64,000 nt of DNA, from NCBI GenBank assembly GCA_964005815.1, contig CAXFSR010000023.1, positions 1 through 64,000 of the forward strand, in the 5' to 3' direction. This stretch comes from an uncultured Nitrospinaceae bacterium. GTDB lineage: Bacteria > UBA8248. Of the stretch, positions 48,508-58,186 are shown piece by piece. The notes beneath the pieces are model-generated. The model searched no databases and had not been told where the DNA came from. It saw only the letters and a program-made list of their open reading frames with translations. The position numbers and the translations under genes are program-made. Numbering within the stretch: position 1 is the stretch's first letter; every line of letters starts with the position of its first letter.

Positions 48508-49364
48508 TTTTTTTTCCCAGATTGGATTCTATTAAATTCTTTTTGGAACAAAAGGGTTTTTTCATCTCTGTAAGTAGGAGACGCAATACGAGAACGTCTT
48601 ATGTCTTTACTGTCAACTTCTACAGAATATATAGACGAACTAGAGCGTGGTGCTTTTTTAATAGTTTTTCCTTCTGGGGAAACAATACGGGAACCTCCCC
48701 AAAAATTAACTCCATCTTCATACCCAATTCTGTTTGAAAAAACAACAAATTGATTATAAGTGATGGAATATGTCGCAAGAATAGATTCCCAAGATCTTTC
48801 TATGGCTAAATTCGACTTTGATTTAGCTTGATTCGTGCCCCTGAAAGGACTCGAAGATGGGATAATTAAATAGTCTGCTCCATCTTGAGACGCAAGAAAA
48901 GCGAGGCTCGGGTGCCAAGCATCTTCACAAATTAAAATTGCAACTCTTCCAATGTTTGTATCAAAAGCTCCAATTCTTTTCCCTGAACCAAAATATCTGC
49001 TTTCATCAAACATTCCATAAGTGGGCAAATAAATTTTTCTATGGATATAAATTAACTTTCCATTTTCAAAATATGCAGCAGAATTATAAAAAACATGTCT
49101 TGAAGATTCTTCAACAAAACCTAAAACGATTGATATTCCTTCACTCAATGAAGCAATATGTTTAATTAATTTAGAGTTCTTTTTTTGCGCAACATCGGGT
49201 ACAAAATCTTTTAAAAAATACCCGGTCAACGAAAGTTCTGGGAAAACCAAAAGTTTTACATTTTTCTTTTTTGCACTTTTTACCATCGATTCAATAATAT
49301 TCAAGTTTGCATCAATATCACCTAGAAATGGCTTCGTTTGGGCATTTGCTACTAAAAACTTCAA
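48504..49364 (-). CDS. Carbon-nitrogen hydrolase, probable glutaminase subunit of NAD+ synthetase
   Basis: FPELSLTGY, HRKIYLPTYGMFDESRYF, ICEDAWH (E-K-C triad), NRIG.EDG..FWGGS. Confidence 0.85.
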   Translation of the reverse strand: MKFLVANAQTKPFLGDIDANLNIIESMVKSAKKKNVKLLVFPELSLTGYFLKDFVPDVAQKKNSKLIKHIASLSEGISIVLGFVEESSRHVFYNSAAYFENGKLIYIHRKIYLPTYGMFDESRYFGSGKRIGAFDTNIGRVAILICEDAWHPSLAFLASQDGADYLIIPSSSPFRGTNQAKSKSNLAIERSWESILATYSITYNQFVVFSNRIGYEDGVNFWGGSRIVSPEGKTIKKAPRSSSSIYSVEVDSKDIRRSRIASPTYRDEKTLLFQKEFNRIQSGKKN

Positions 49365-49460
49365 TGAAATCTCCGTAAAAAAATTTAAAAGTAAGGAAAA
49401 TTGATTCTAATTCATTAGATTGCATATTAAAAAGAAAGAAATTAATTTTTATTATAAAAA

Positions 49461-50372
49461 TCAATTAAGAATTTTATGCATAATTCCCTCAAGAGTTTCC
49501 TTGGAATAATACTCAATTACCAATAATCCCTTTTGATCGCTTCCTTTAATGCCAACTTTAGTTCCCAACTTCGAGCGAATCTTTTCAATAGCATCCTCTA
49601 TAAACACATTATTTTTCGATTTTGATAACTTATTCTCTTCAGCAACACCTTTTTTTCTTTGAGAGTCGTTGCTGGCGAATTTTTTTATTTCTGATTCAAG
49701 TTGCCGAACAGATAATTTCTCCTTAATAGCTTTTTCGCTAAATTCCATAATCTGTTCTGTATTAATTAAAGAAAGCAGGGCTCTCGCATGTCCCATAGTA
49801 TGCTCTCCGTTGGCAACTCTTTTCCGCACCAACTCAGGAAGCTTCAACAAGCGAATATAGTTTGCAATTGTGGAGCGGTCCTTTCCAACACGCTCAGCAA
49901 CCTCCTCTTGGGTGAGGTTATATTTAATCATTAAGTTTTCGTAAGCTTTTGATTCTTCTATTGGGTTTAAATCTGATCTTTGGAGATTTTCCACTATCGA
50001 GACTTCGAGCGTTTCTTTCTCCATAATATCCGTAAAAATTGCAGGGATTGTGCTAAGGTTTGCAATTTTGGCTGCACGCCATCTTCTCTCTCCTGCTACA
50101 ATTTCAAACCTGTCTTCATTTAATTTTTTTAACAATATAGGCTGTATTACGCCATGATTAGAAACTGAGTTTGCTAGATTTATCAAATCTTCTTCGTTAA
50201 ATATTTCCCGTGGTTGATGTTTTCCTGATTGTATCTTGCTTAGCTCAATCTGTTTGACGAAATTTAAATTTTTTTCATCAGATTTCACAGACAACTCTGA
50301 AGAATTGACTTCTTCAGAGTTTGAGACTGACAACAGAGCATCTAAACCACGCCCTAAAGCTTTTTTCGCCAT
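49461..50372 (-). CDS. parB: Chromosome partitioning protein ParB
   Basis: ALGRGLDAL, QPR, GVIQP, AGERRWRA, ENLQR.DL, GKDRSTIANYIRLLKL. Confidence 0.96.
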   Translation of the reverse strand: MAKKALGRGLDALLSVSNSEEVNSSELSVKSDEKNLNFVKQIELSKIQSGKHQPREIFNEEDLINLANSVSNHGVIQPILLKKLNEDRFEIVAGERRWRAAKIANLSTIPAIFTDIMEKETLEVSIVENLQRSDLNPIEESKAYENLMIKYNLTQEEVAERVGKDRSTIANYIRLLKLPELVRKRVANGEHTMGHARALLSLINTEQIMEFSEKAIKEKLSVRQLESEIKKFASNDSQRKKGVAEENKLSKSKNNVFIEDAIEKIRSKLGTKVGIKGSDQKGLLVIEYYSKETLEGIMHKILN

Positions 50373-51245
50373 TTATATGTCCCCCCTCTTCTTGTCATTT
50401 GAATTGCTCTTTTCATTCAGCCTTATTAAAAATTCTTCGGCTAATTGCATATAAGCCATAGCACCCTGTGAATATGGATCATATGAAATCACTGGAAGTC
50501 CGTGGCTTGGCGCTTCGGCTAATTTAATGTTTCTTGGAATTTTAACCTCATACAGTAGATTAGAGACATGATTCTTAACTTCGTCTGAAACCTGTTTTGA
50601 AAGATTGGTTCTGGTGTCATACATTGTAAGAATAATACCACCAATTTTAGGATTCTTCGAAAAATCATTTGAAAGAGAAATTCTTTCAATTGTATTCATG
50701 AGACGAGCTAGTCCTTCAAGAGCAAAATATTCCGCTTGCATTGGTATTAAAAGCTCATCTGAAGCATTAAATGCATTTAACGTCAAAAAGCCAAGAGATG
50801 GAGGACAGTCAACAACAATAAGATCAAAATCATTGTGGAAAAAACTCAATATCCTTTCCAATCTTCCAATACGCTCAGGCACATCGGCTAATTCAACTTC
50901 TGCAGCTGCCAAATCCGATGTCGACGGAAAAACCATAAGCCCTTTAATATCAGTTATTTGCACAAATTTATGGCTCGGGGTCTCATCGCTGATCAATAAA
51001 TTGTATAGATTGTTTTCGCTAGAGGAAGATCCTAGAGAACTTGACGCATTTGATTGAGGATCTAAGTCAAAAAGGAGTACTTTTTTTCCTTTTTGGGCCA
51101 AACAAGCAGAGAGATTCACTGCAGTGGTAGTTTTGCCAACCCCGCCTTTTTGATTAGCAACTGCTACTACATATGCCTTTTTTGGGCCCTTGTCTTTATT
51201 GTCTATTAATCCTGAGTTCTGCCAAAATTCACGATCGCCTATCAA
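50373..51245 (-). CDS. parA: Chromosome partitioning ATPase ParA/Soj
   Basis: ANQKGGVGKTTT, DLDPQ, DCPPSLG, QAEYFALEG, IPRNIKLAEAPSHG. Confidence 0.96.
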   Translation of the reverse strand: MIGDREFWQNSGLIDNKDKGPKKAYVVAVANQKGGVGKTTTAVNLSACLAQKGKKVLLFDLDPQSNASSSLGSSSSENNLYNLLISDETPSHKFVQITDIKGLMVFPSTSDLAAAEVELADVPERIGRLERILSFFHNDFDLIVVDCPPSLGFLTLNAFNASDELLIPMQAEYFALEGLARLMNTIERISLSNDFSKNPKIGGIILTMYDTRTNLSKQVSDEVKNHVSNLLYEVKIPRNIKLAEAPSHGLPVISYDPYSQGAMAYMQLAEEFLIRLNEKSNSNDKKRGDI

Positions 51246-51337
51246 CGAAAATCCTTTATTTTTCCTAAAAATACAAAATATAATGTTTTTGATAAGAAAA
51301 AATTAAATAAAATTACAATTCATTATAAACATATTTT

Positions 51338-51353
51338 TGTTTCACGTGGAACA
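51338..51353. other. parS site 1
   Basis: TGTTTCACGTGGAACA (reverse complement TGTTCCACGTGAAACA, canonical parS). Confidence 0.93.
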
Positions 51354-51373
51354 AAAACATCTTTATTTTTTGA

Positions 51374-51389
51374 TGTTTCACGTGGAACA
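51374..51389. other. parS site 2
   Basis: Identical TGTTTCACGTGGAACA, 36 bp from site 1. Confidence 0.93.
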
Positions 51390-51410
51390 TTTTAATAAAT
51401 TGAGCTTAAT

Positions 51411-53324
51411 CTAGGATGCTTGGTTTTCTTTTGAGTGCGTAGAAAGTCTTTTTAAGTAGACCTCTAAAACAGCTATGGCAGCCGGTGTTACGCCTGAAAC
51501 CCTGCTTGCCTGGCCAAGACTTTTAGGCCTGACCTTCGCCAGTCTTTGCCTTACCTCTGCCGTTAAGTGGGTAATTTTGTCGTAAGAAATTGTTTCTGGT
51601 ATGGGGACCTTGTCGGCGGATCTAAGCCTTACAACCTGTTGCTTCTCTCTTTCAAAATACTCTTTATATTTTATTTCTGCAGAAACATATCTTCTGCCTT
51701 CATTGTCGAGTGATTCCCATAAATTTTTAAGATTGGGGGCATCTGCGAAGTTTGCTTCGACTAAATCCGTCAAATTTATTTCAGGCCTCCTTAATATCTC
51801 AGAAAGCTTGTATGGTTTCTTTAGGGGAGAACTTCCCAAAGCCTCAAGGGTAGACTGGACCTGTGGACTCGGATAGATTTTTGTCGCCTCAAAATAATTA
51901 AGCATATCTGAAGTTTTTTTCTTTTTGTCTAAGAAAAAATTATAACTCTCTGAACTTACCGTTCCAGCCTTGTAGCCCATTTCGGTTAGTCTAAAATCTG
52001 CGTTGTCATGTCTCAAAAGAAGCCTGTGCTCAGCTCTACTTGTAAACATTCTGTAAGGCTCTACCGTTCCTTTTGTGACCAGGTCATCTACCAAAACTCC
52101 TAAATAGGCATCATCCCGCCCTAAAGTAAACTGGGAGTCGTTATTTGCATAAGAAGAAGCGTTTATTCCGGCTATGATACCCTGGGCTGCAGCTTCTTCG
52201 TATCCAGTAGTGCCATTAATTTGCCCTGCATGGAATAAACCATTGATTTTATTGGTCATAAGTGAATTATCAAGATCCATTGGGCAAACAAAATCATACT
52301 CAACTGCATAACCAGCCCTCATCATCTCGGCACCCTCAAGTCCTGGAATTGTTTGTATTATTTGCATTTGTATGTCCACGGGAAGGCTAGTTGAAAGTCC
52401 GTTGACATAAATTTCACACGTCCTTAATCCTTCTGGTTCTAAAAAGATTTGATGTGAGGATTTCCCTTCAAACCTCATAACTTTATCTTCGATGCTGGGA
52501 CAATACCTAACCCCAGTTGCGCTAATTTGACCATTATACATGGGAGATCTGTCTATGTTTTCCCTTATTATAGAGTGAGTAGACTCATTGGTGTAAGTTA
52601 TCCAACAGGGCAATTGATCCTGAAGCAATTCTTTTGTTCGAAAAGAAAATGGGAGAGGTGGGTTGTCGCCGGGCTGAACATCAAGCCCTTTAAAATCAAT
52701 GGTTTTTGAGTCTAGCCTAGGCGGGGTTCCTGTTTTCATTCTTTCAATTTTAAAACCAAGATCGATCAACTGATCAGAAAATTCACTAGAAGAGCCTTCT
52801 CCCGCTCTTCCTCCCTCAATTTGTTTTTTTCCATAGTGCAATAGACCTCTTGTAAAAGTCCCCGGAGTTAATACAACAGCGGCAGCATATATTAGTTCGC
52901 CAAACTGTGTTTCAATTCCAGCAATCCGATCGTTTTTTATTACAATTTTTTTTAACATGCCCTGTTTTAAAACAAGGTTTTTCTGGTTTTCAACAAAATG
53001 CTTCATATATAATCGATATTCTTGTTTATCAGCTTGAGCTCTAAGGGCTTGAACAGCCGGACCCTTTTTTGTGTTTAGCATCCTGAATTGAATTCCTGTT
53101 TTGTCTATGGCTTGGCCCATCTCTCCCCCAAGGGCATCTATTTCCCTAACTAGAACCCCCTTAGCAAGACCCCCTATTGCGGGATTGCAAGACATAAGGC
53201 CAACAGTGTCAAGATTCATTGATAAAAGAAGAACGCTTGAACCTTTTCTGGCCGAAGCCAAAGCCGCTTCGCATCCGGCATGTCCAGCACCAACGACAAT
53301 TACGTCAAAATTATTTTTGTCCAT
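51411..53324 (-). CDS. mnmG: tRNA U34 5-carboxymethylaminomethyl modification enzyme GidA
   Basis: VGAGHAGCEAA, MSCNPAIGG, KTGTPPR, RYCPSIEDK, GQINGTTGYEEAAAQG, EPYRMFTSRAE. Confidence 0.98.
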   Translation of the reverse strand: MDKNNFDVIVVGAGHAGCEAALASARKGSSVLLLSMNLDTVGLMSCNPAIGGLAKGVLVREIDALGGEMGQAIDKTGIQFRMLNTKKGPAVQALRAQADKQEYRLYMKHFVENQKNLVLKQGMLKKIVIKNDRIAGIETQFGELIYAAAVVLTPGTFTRGLLHYGKKQIEGGRAGEGSSSEFSDQLIDLGFKIERMKTGTPPRLDSKTIDFKGLDVQPGDNPPLPFSFRTKELLQDQLPCWITYTNESTHSIIRENIDRSPMYNGQISATGVRYCPSIEDKVMRFEGKSSHQIFLEPEGLRTCEIYVNGLSTSLPVDIQMQIIQTIPGLEGAEMMRAGYAVEYDFVCPMDLDNSLMTNKINGLFHAGQINGTTGYEEAAAQGIIAGINASSYANNDSQFTLGRDDAYLGVLVDDLVTKGTVEPYRMFTSRAEHRLLLRHDNADFRLTEMGYKAGTVSSESYNFFLDKKKKTSDMLNYFEATKIYPSPQVQSTLEALGSSPLKKPYKLSEILRRPEINLTDLVEANFADAPNLKNLWESLDNEGRRYVSAEIKYKEYFEREKQQVVRLRSADKVPIPETISYDKITHLTAEVRQRLAKVRPKSLGQASRVSGVTPAAIAVLEVYLKRLSTHSKENQAS

Positions 53325-53370
53325 TTGAGCCTTAAATTATTAATAAAATTTGACTTATATCTATAACAGA

Positions 53371-54819
53371 TTATTTTCCAATACAAAACTCTGAAAAAAT
53401 CTTATCTAAAAGCGACTCTCCGTAACTTTTTCCAAGGATTTCAGAAAAAGCAGCGCTCGAATCATTCAGGTGAACAGCTACAAGTTCTGGGGAATAGGCT
53501 TTTTGGCATAAAACAAAAGCTTCTTTGAGAGAATGTCTTGCCTTGTTGACTAGATTTTTATGCCTTTCGTTTGTCAAAATTGTACGCATTATATTTCCTC
53601 CCTGCAGACTCTCTCCTGTTAAAATCTCAAAAACAGACTTTTTGAGCAAACCAAATCCTTTTTTTTGGAGCGCCGAAATTGAAACCTTCTCGACACCACG
53701 GATTAATTCCCCGGAAAGACAAGAAGAAACAAGATCTGTTTTGTTGAGCACAATTAATTTATTCGTTTCTAATTTCTTTGCTTCGTGCTGCGCCCATTCA
53801 AATTCACTCTTTCCCTTGCTTGAATCTAAAACTAAAAGGCAAAGATCAGCCGTTTGCGCAGCATCATATGCTCTTTTCGCTCCTTCTTTTTCTATAGGAT
53901 CCTGGGTATCTCTAAGACCCGCAGTATCAATAAATCGGACGGGTATCCCATTTACGTCACAGACCTCTTCAATAGTATCTCTTGTTGTTCCAGGGATGTC
54001 GCTAGTAATTGATCTTTCCTCTCCCAGCAAATTATTTAAGAGGGTAGATTTTCCAGCATTGGGCTTTCCTATTATAGCAACTCGAGCGCCCTCTCTTAAA
54101 ACTCTCCCGGATCTAAAAGAATCCTCCAATTCTTTTAAAGACGCCTCAGCATTCACAAAAAGAGGGGTTAGTTCTTCACCAAAAAGGGGCTTTCCTTGTA
54201 CCATAGGGCCAGCGCCCGGCTCGAACTCATCTGGAAAATCAATTGAAGCTTCTAGGTGCGCGCCTATCTCAACTATCTGTTGCCATATTTCCTCTAAACG
54301 TTCAGAAAGGTTTCCTTGTAGTTGCGAAAGAGCTATTTTTGCAGAAGCCTTTGTTTCAGAGGCAATTAGATCCGCAACTGATTCGGACTGAACCAAGTCA
54401 ACCTTTCCTTCAATAAACGCCCTTCTTGTAAACTCACCTGGGGCTGCAACTCTTGCGCCTGCCGAACATGCAGACTCTATCAAAAACTGATAAATAGCTA
54501 TGCTGCCATGACAAAACAGTTCTGCCAAATCTTCTCCTGTGTAAGAGTTCGGTTTTTCGTAAAAAACAACTTGGCCTTCGTCAAAAATTTCACCGTCAAT
54601 ATCTATAAAATTACCTAGAACGGGCGTCCTTTTTGGTAATTGCTTGGCTGAGGACTTGGAAACAAAAATTTTACTTAAAATTTGTCTTACATCAGGGCCG
54701 CTAAGCCTAACCATAGCAATTGCGCCCACTCCAACAGGAGTAGACAGGGCAACTATGGTTTCATTTGTTAGGGAAGAATTCATTTCTTTTCTCTCTAAAA
54801 ATGGCTTTTCAAAAGTCAC
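53371..54819 (-). CDS. mnmE: tRNA modification GTPase TrmE
   Basis: SYTGED, GEFTRRAF, GKPNAGKS, PGTTRD, DTAGLR, NKTD, IFSEFCIGK; start may be ATG54783. Confidence 0.97.
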   Translation of the reverse strand: MTFEKPFLERKEMNSSLTNETIVALSTPVGVGAIAMVRLSGPDVRQILSKIFVSKSSAKQLPKRTPVLGNFIDIDGEIFDEGQVVFYEKPNSYTGEDLAELFCHGSIAIYQFLIESACSAGARVAAPGEFTRRAFIEGKVDLVQSESVADLIASETKASAKIALSQLQGNLSERLEEIWQQIVEIGAHLEASIDFPDEFEPGAGPMVQGKPLFGEELTPLFVNAEASLKELEDSFRSGRVLREGARVAIIGKPNAGKSTLLNNLLGEERSITSDIPGTTRDTIEEVCDVNGIPVRFIDTAGLRDTQDPIEKEGAKRAYDAAQTADLCLLVLDSSKGKSEFEWAQHEAKKLETNKLIVLNKTDLVSSCLSGELIRGVEKVSISALQKKGFGLLKKSVFEILTGESLQGGNIMRTILTNERHKNLVNKARHSLKEAFVLCQKAYSPELVAVHLNDSSAAFSEILGKSYGESLLDKIFSEFCIGK

Positions 54820-55581
54820 CTATGTCATGTACCGACCACCATTTATATCAAGCGTAACCCCAGTTATATATGAGGCACCGGGAGTAGACAAATACCAAAT
54901 TCCGTCAGCAATTTCTTCTGCGCCTCCTGCACGATTCATCGGAATTTCAGACAAAAGCCTAGGGAGCCTTTCCTTGTGTAGTTCAGCAACCCTTGGAGAC
55001 AAAACTACTCCTGGCGCAACCGCGTTGACAGTGATTCCATCTGGCGCAAGCTCACTCGCAAGCCTTCTTGTAAACCCCAAAACTCCGGCTTTAGCAGCAC
55101 CATAAGGCAACGAGGTCTCCACCAACCCCTCGCGAGCGGTTTGAGAAGAAACGTTAACTATTCTCCCGTATTTTGATTTTTTCATGGAAGGAACTACTTT
55201 TCTTGAACATAAGTAAACTGATTTTAGGTTCAACTCCAGAACTTCTTCCCAATGGCTTTCTTCAACGTTTTCAAAGGAGGGATTCTCAAAAAAACCACCA
55301 GCACAGTTTATTAAAATCTGTGCCGATCCTAAGTTCTTTAAAATTGAATCGAAAGTGACATTTACAGACTCTTCCTGCGTAACATTGCATTCGTAGAATT
55401 TCACGTCGATACCCCTAGAAGAAAGGTTTTGGGCAAAAGCAGCCCCTTTTTCTTTGTCCTTGTCTAGAAGAACTATCCTTGCCCCTTCATCTGCAAAGCG
55501 ATTCACGACTGCCTCTCCTATGCCCGATGCTGCTCCCGTCACAACTGCTAATTGCCCCGAAATGGAAGATCTTTTGTTCAT
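54820..55581 (-). CDS. SDR family oxidoreductase (FabG-like)
   Basis: TGAASGIG, YGAAKAG, VNAVAPG, ASYITG..L.INGG. Confidence 0.9.
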   Translation of the reverse strand: MNKRSSISGQLAVVTGAASGIGEAVVNRFADEGARIVLLDKDKEKGAAFAQNLSSRGIDVKFYECNVTQEESVNVTFDSILKNLGSAQILINCAGGFFENPSFENVEESHWEEVLELNLKSVYLCSRKVVPSMKKSKYGRIVNVSSQTAREGLVETSLPYGAAKAGVLGFTRRLASELAPDGITVNAVAPGVVLSPRVAELHKERLPRLLSEIPMNRAGGAEEIADGIWYLSTPGASYITGVTLDINGGRYMT

Positions 55582-56213
55582 CGCCCCTCTCTTTTTTTTA
55601 ATTTTAAAACATTCCCTTCTATGACCCCCTTTAAACGATCGATGGATTTGGAGCCTTCCATTTTTGTTTCTCCAACAAAAAAAGTGGGGGTAGCCCTTAC
55701 TCCCAGACCCAGGCCTAAATCTCTGGATTTATTTATTCTTGCAGAACTTTCTTTTTCCTTGAGGCATTTTTCCCACTCAAACAAATCTGCGCCACTTTTT
55801 TTTGCATAGGATTTCCATAACGATTCAGGGTATCGGTCATTTCTCCACCTGCCTTGGTTTTTATATATTAGGCTGCTCATATTTTTTCTTTGGTCAAAAT
55901 TCTTTACGCATAAAACTGCTTCGGTTGCGCGGAAGGTAATTTCGGAGAGAGGAAAGGCAAGTTTTTTCACTACCACAAGGCCGTTATATTTTTTTTCAAT
56001 TTCAATAAGCGCCTCCTGCACTAAAGCACAATCGGGTCAACCATAATCAGAAAACTCTAAAACACATACTTTTTGAGGCGGGCAAATTTTCTGCACAAAA
56101 GGCTTTGGGTTATGTCGAGCACGCGTATAATAATTAATAAACCCCAACACAAAAAAAACAGCAACAGTGAAAACTATTGGGCCTTGTTTTATTTTTAAAC
56201 CAAAAAAATTCAT
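55578..56213 (-). CDS. Membrane-anchored DsbA-like thioredoxin-fold selenoprotein (UxxC; Sec59, TGA at 56037-56039), 211 aa
   Basis: ATG56213 MNFFGLK...TM...VLEFSDYG-[TGA]-PDC continues in frame into the ORF-track fragment with FPL and the GVRATPTFFVG cis-Pro loop. Confidence 0.88.
56003..56036 (-). promoter_or_regulatory. SECIS-like hairpin of the DsbA-like gene
   Basis: AGUGC-AGGAG-GCGCU, loop starting +20 after UGA with G at position 2; weaker than the other two. Confidence 0.5.
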
Positions 56214-56240
56214 CGATTTTTAGCCAAATTTTTTTAAAAG

Positions 56241-57929
56241 TTACGATTCATCTTCTTGAGCAAGTTTCGGGGTTTGCACAGATCGATTCACAAAAAACTG
56301 CTGCCCGATTGAAAGAACGTTATTTACAAACCAGTAAATAACAAGCCCCGAAGGAACTGGATAGAAAATAAACATCGCGCAAAAAATTACAGGCATAAAC
56401 ATCATCATTTTTGCTTGCGAGGGATCTCCCGCCGTAGGCGTCATCTTTTGCTGAATAAACATCGAAATTCCCATCAAGACTGTATAAACATGATAGGGAT
56501 CTTGTTTCGAAAGATCGGTAATCCACCAAAAAAACGGGGCATTCCGTATTTCTATAGCAACCAAAAGCCCTTCGTATAAACCAAAAAAAATAGGCATTTG
56601 AATTAACATAGGGAGGCAGCCCATCATAGGATTCACTTTGTTTTCTTTGTATAAAGACATCAGCTGCTGGTTCATTTTGGTTTTATCGTCTTTGTATATC
56701 TCTCGTATCTGAGCCATCTTGGGCTGCAATTTTTGCATGCCCTTCATATTCTTCATGCTGAAGTGGGTAAGTGGATAAAAAATGAGCTTTATAATTATAG
56801 TCAAAAGTATTATTGCCAACCCCCAATTCATTGTCACTGCATTACAAATTCGGAGAATTGAAATAAGGGGTGAGGCAACAAAAGAAAAGATCCCATAGTC
56901 CAATGATTCCTCTAACATAACATCTAATTTCGACATGCGATGAACCTCTTTGGGCCCAGCATACAAGTCCATGGTAGCTAAAACTCTTGAGTTCTCTGAT
57001 CGCAAAGGGACTATCGCCGCATAATCATTCGCCCTGTCTTTGTTGGCCTTTAAAAGATTTATCTGCGCCCCGCCCGATCCTGTCCTTGGTACAAGAGCAG
57101 TTATAAAATATTTGGACTGTAAAGAAGTCCATTTTACATTTTTGTCATATTTTGGCTGATCATTGTCGGACTCTGGATTGTCATAAACAATATCTTTGTC
57201 CACGAAAGACATCGGCCCCTCTATAACACCCCCATAGGTGTCCCCGTCACTTCCCCCAACAGAAGGTCCAAGAGCAACTCCAAGAGCGTCTAGATTTTTT
57301 GCGTTTCGTATGAGAATGGTGGTGGGTATCCTGTAACTTCCAGCACTAAAAAACAAGGACTTTTCAACTTTCTCTTGCGCCTTTCCTTGAAGAACAAAGG
57401 AAACCTTTTGGCCGCCTTTTTTGGAATCAATCTTTATTGTTTTGCTTTCCGTTACCTCTTGGCCATTCACATAAACCTTGTAAACAGCCCGGTTTAAGAC
57501 TCCGCTGCCACTTCCCCAAAAAAACAACGGTTTTAGGTCGGAATAATATCCTTTGGCTAAATCGATAAATTTGCCCTTTTCGTCTTTGTAGTCATTGAGC
57601 TGCATCTGGACAAATCCAGCCCCATAATTTGTCAAGCCATAAACCGCATTTCCTACATCAACCTTAACAAGAATCTCTTTAAAGTTTTTTGGCAAAGATC
57701 TTTTTCTAGCATTTAAGTTTTCGGTTTTAGGTGCATGACTTTTCTTAGGCGAAACCCTAATCGCTCTGTCGGTAATAGAGCCCTTCTGCCTTGAAGACAA
57801 CTTTTGCTGCAAAGGCGCTTTGGTGCTAACATCCTTCTTCTTTGGAGGCTCTTGTGGCACAAAAAAATACTGCCACCCCAACAAAACAGCCAAAGAAAGA
57901 ACAGCGGCTAAAATAGCATTTTTTTCCAT
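56241..57929 (-). CDS. yidC: Membrane protein insertase YidC
   Basis: YAGPK, DYG, NWGLAIILLT, LQPK, NPMMGCLPMLIQMPIF, WITDLS..DP, PSGLVIYW.VNN. Confidence 0.97.
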   Translation of the reverse strand: MEKNAILAAVLSLAVLLGWQYFFVPQEPPKKKDVSTKAPLQQKLSSRQKGSITDRAIRVSPKKSHAPKTENLNARKRSLPKNFKEILVKVDVGNAVYGLTNYGAGFVQMQLNDYKDEKGKFIDLAKGYYSDLKPLFFWGSGSGVLNRAVYKVYVNGQEVTESKTIKIDSKKGGQKVSFVLQGKAQEKVEKSLFFSAGSYRIPTTILIRNAKNLDALGVALGPSVGGSDGDTYGGVIEGPMSFVDKDIVYDNPESDNDQPKYDKNVKWTSLQSKYFITALVPRTGSGGAQINLLKANKDRANDYAAIVPLRSENSRVLATMDLYAGPKEVHRMSKLDVMLEESLDYGIFSFVASPLISILRICNAVTMNWGLAIILLTIIIKLIFYPLTHFSMKNMKGMQKLQPKMAQIREIYKDDKTKMNQQLMSLYKENKVNPMMGCLPMLIQMPIFFGLYEGLLVAIEIRNAPFFWWITDLSKQDPYHVYTVLMGISMFIQQKMTPTAGDPSQAKMMMFMPVIFCAMFIFYPVPSGLVIYWFVNNVLSIGQQFFVNRSVQTPKLAQEDES

Positions 57930-57936
57930 TTTTTAT

Positions 57937-58182
57937 TTAATCCTTTAAATATTGCTTTATGGGATCATGCCCACCTTCGCAAAACGGGTTGCATCTTAAA
58001 ACCCTTCTAACGGTAAGCCAAAGAGCTCTAAAGGGGCCGAAAGTAGCAAAGGCCTGCAAGGCATACTCTGAGCAGCTAGGTGTAAACCTGCAGGTTCCTG
58101 GCAAAATAGGTGAAATTAGCAGCCGATAAAGCTTCACAAAAGAAACGAAGAAAAAGGTTAGGCCACTTAAAAAAAACTTCAC
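57937..58182 (-). CDS. yidD: Membrane protein insertion efficiency factor
   Basis: YRLLISP..PGTCRFTPSCSEY, RRVLRCNPF..GGHDP; GTG58182 with a GGATAAAGGA upstream purine run. Confidence 0.92.
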   Translation of the reverse strand: MKFFLSGLTFFFVSFVKLYRLLISPILPGTCRFTPSCSEYALQAFATFGPFRALWLTVRRVLRCNPFCEGGHDPIKQYLKD

Positions 58183-58186
58183 TCCT

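Noticed and set aside
53525..54391. 288-aa + strand ORF
   Set aside because: Antisense shadow of mnmE with no recognisable motifs
41391..56039. In-frame TGAs as genetic-code reassignment (Trp/Gly) or as pseudogene lesions
   Set aside because: TGA ends dnaA, parB, yicC and others at their expected C-termini, and Trp is encoded by TGG. All three internal TGAs fall on catalytic Cys columns with intact downstream sequence and SECIS-like hairpins.
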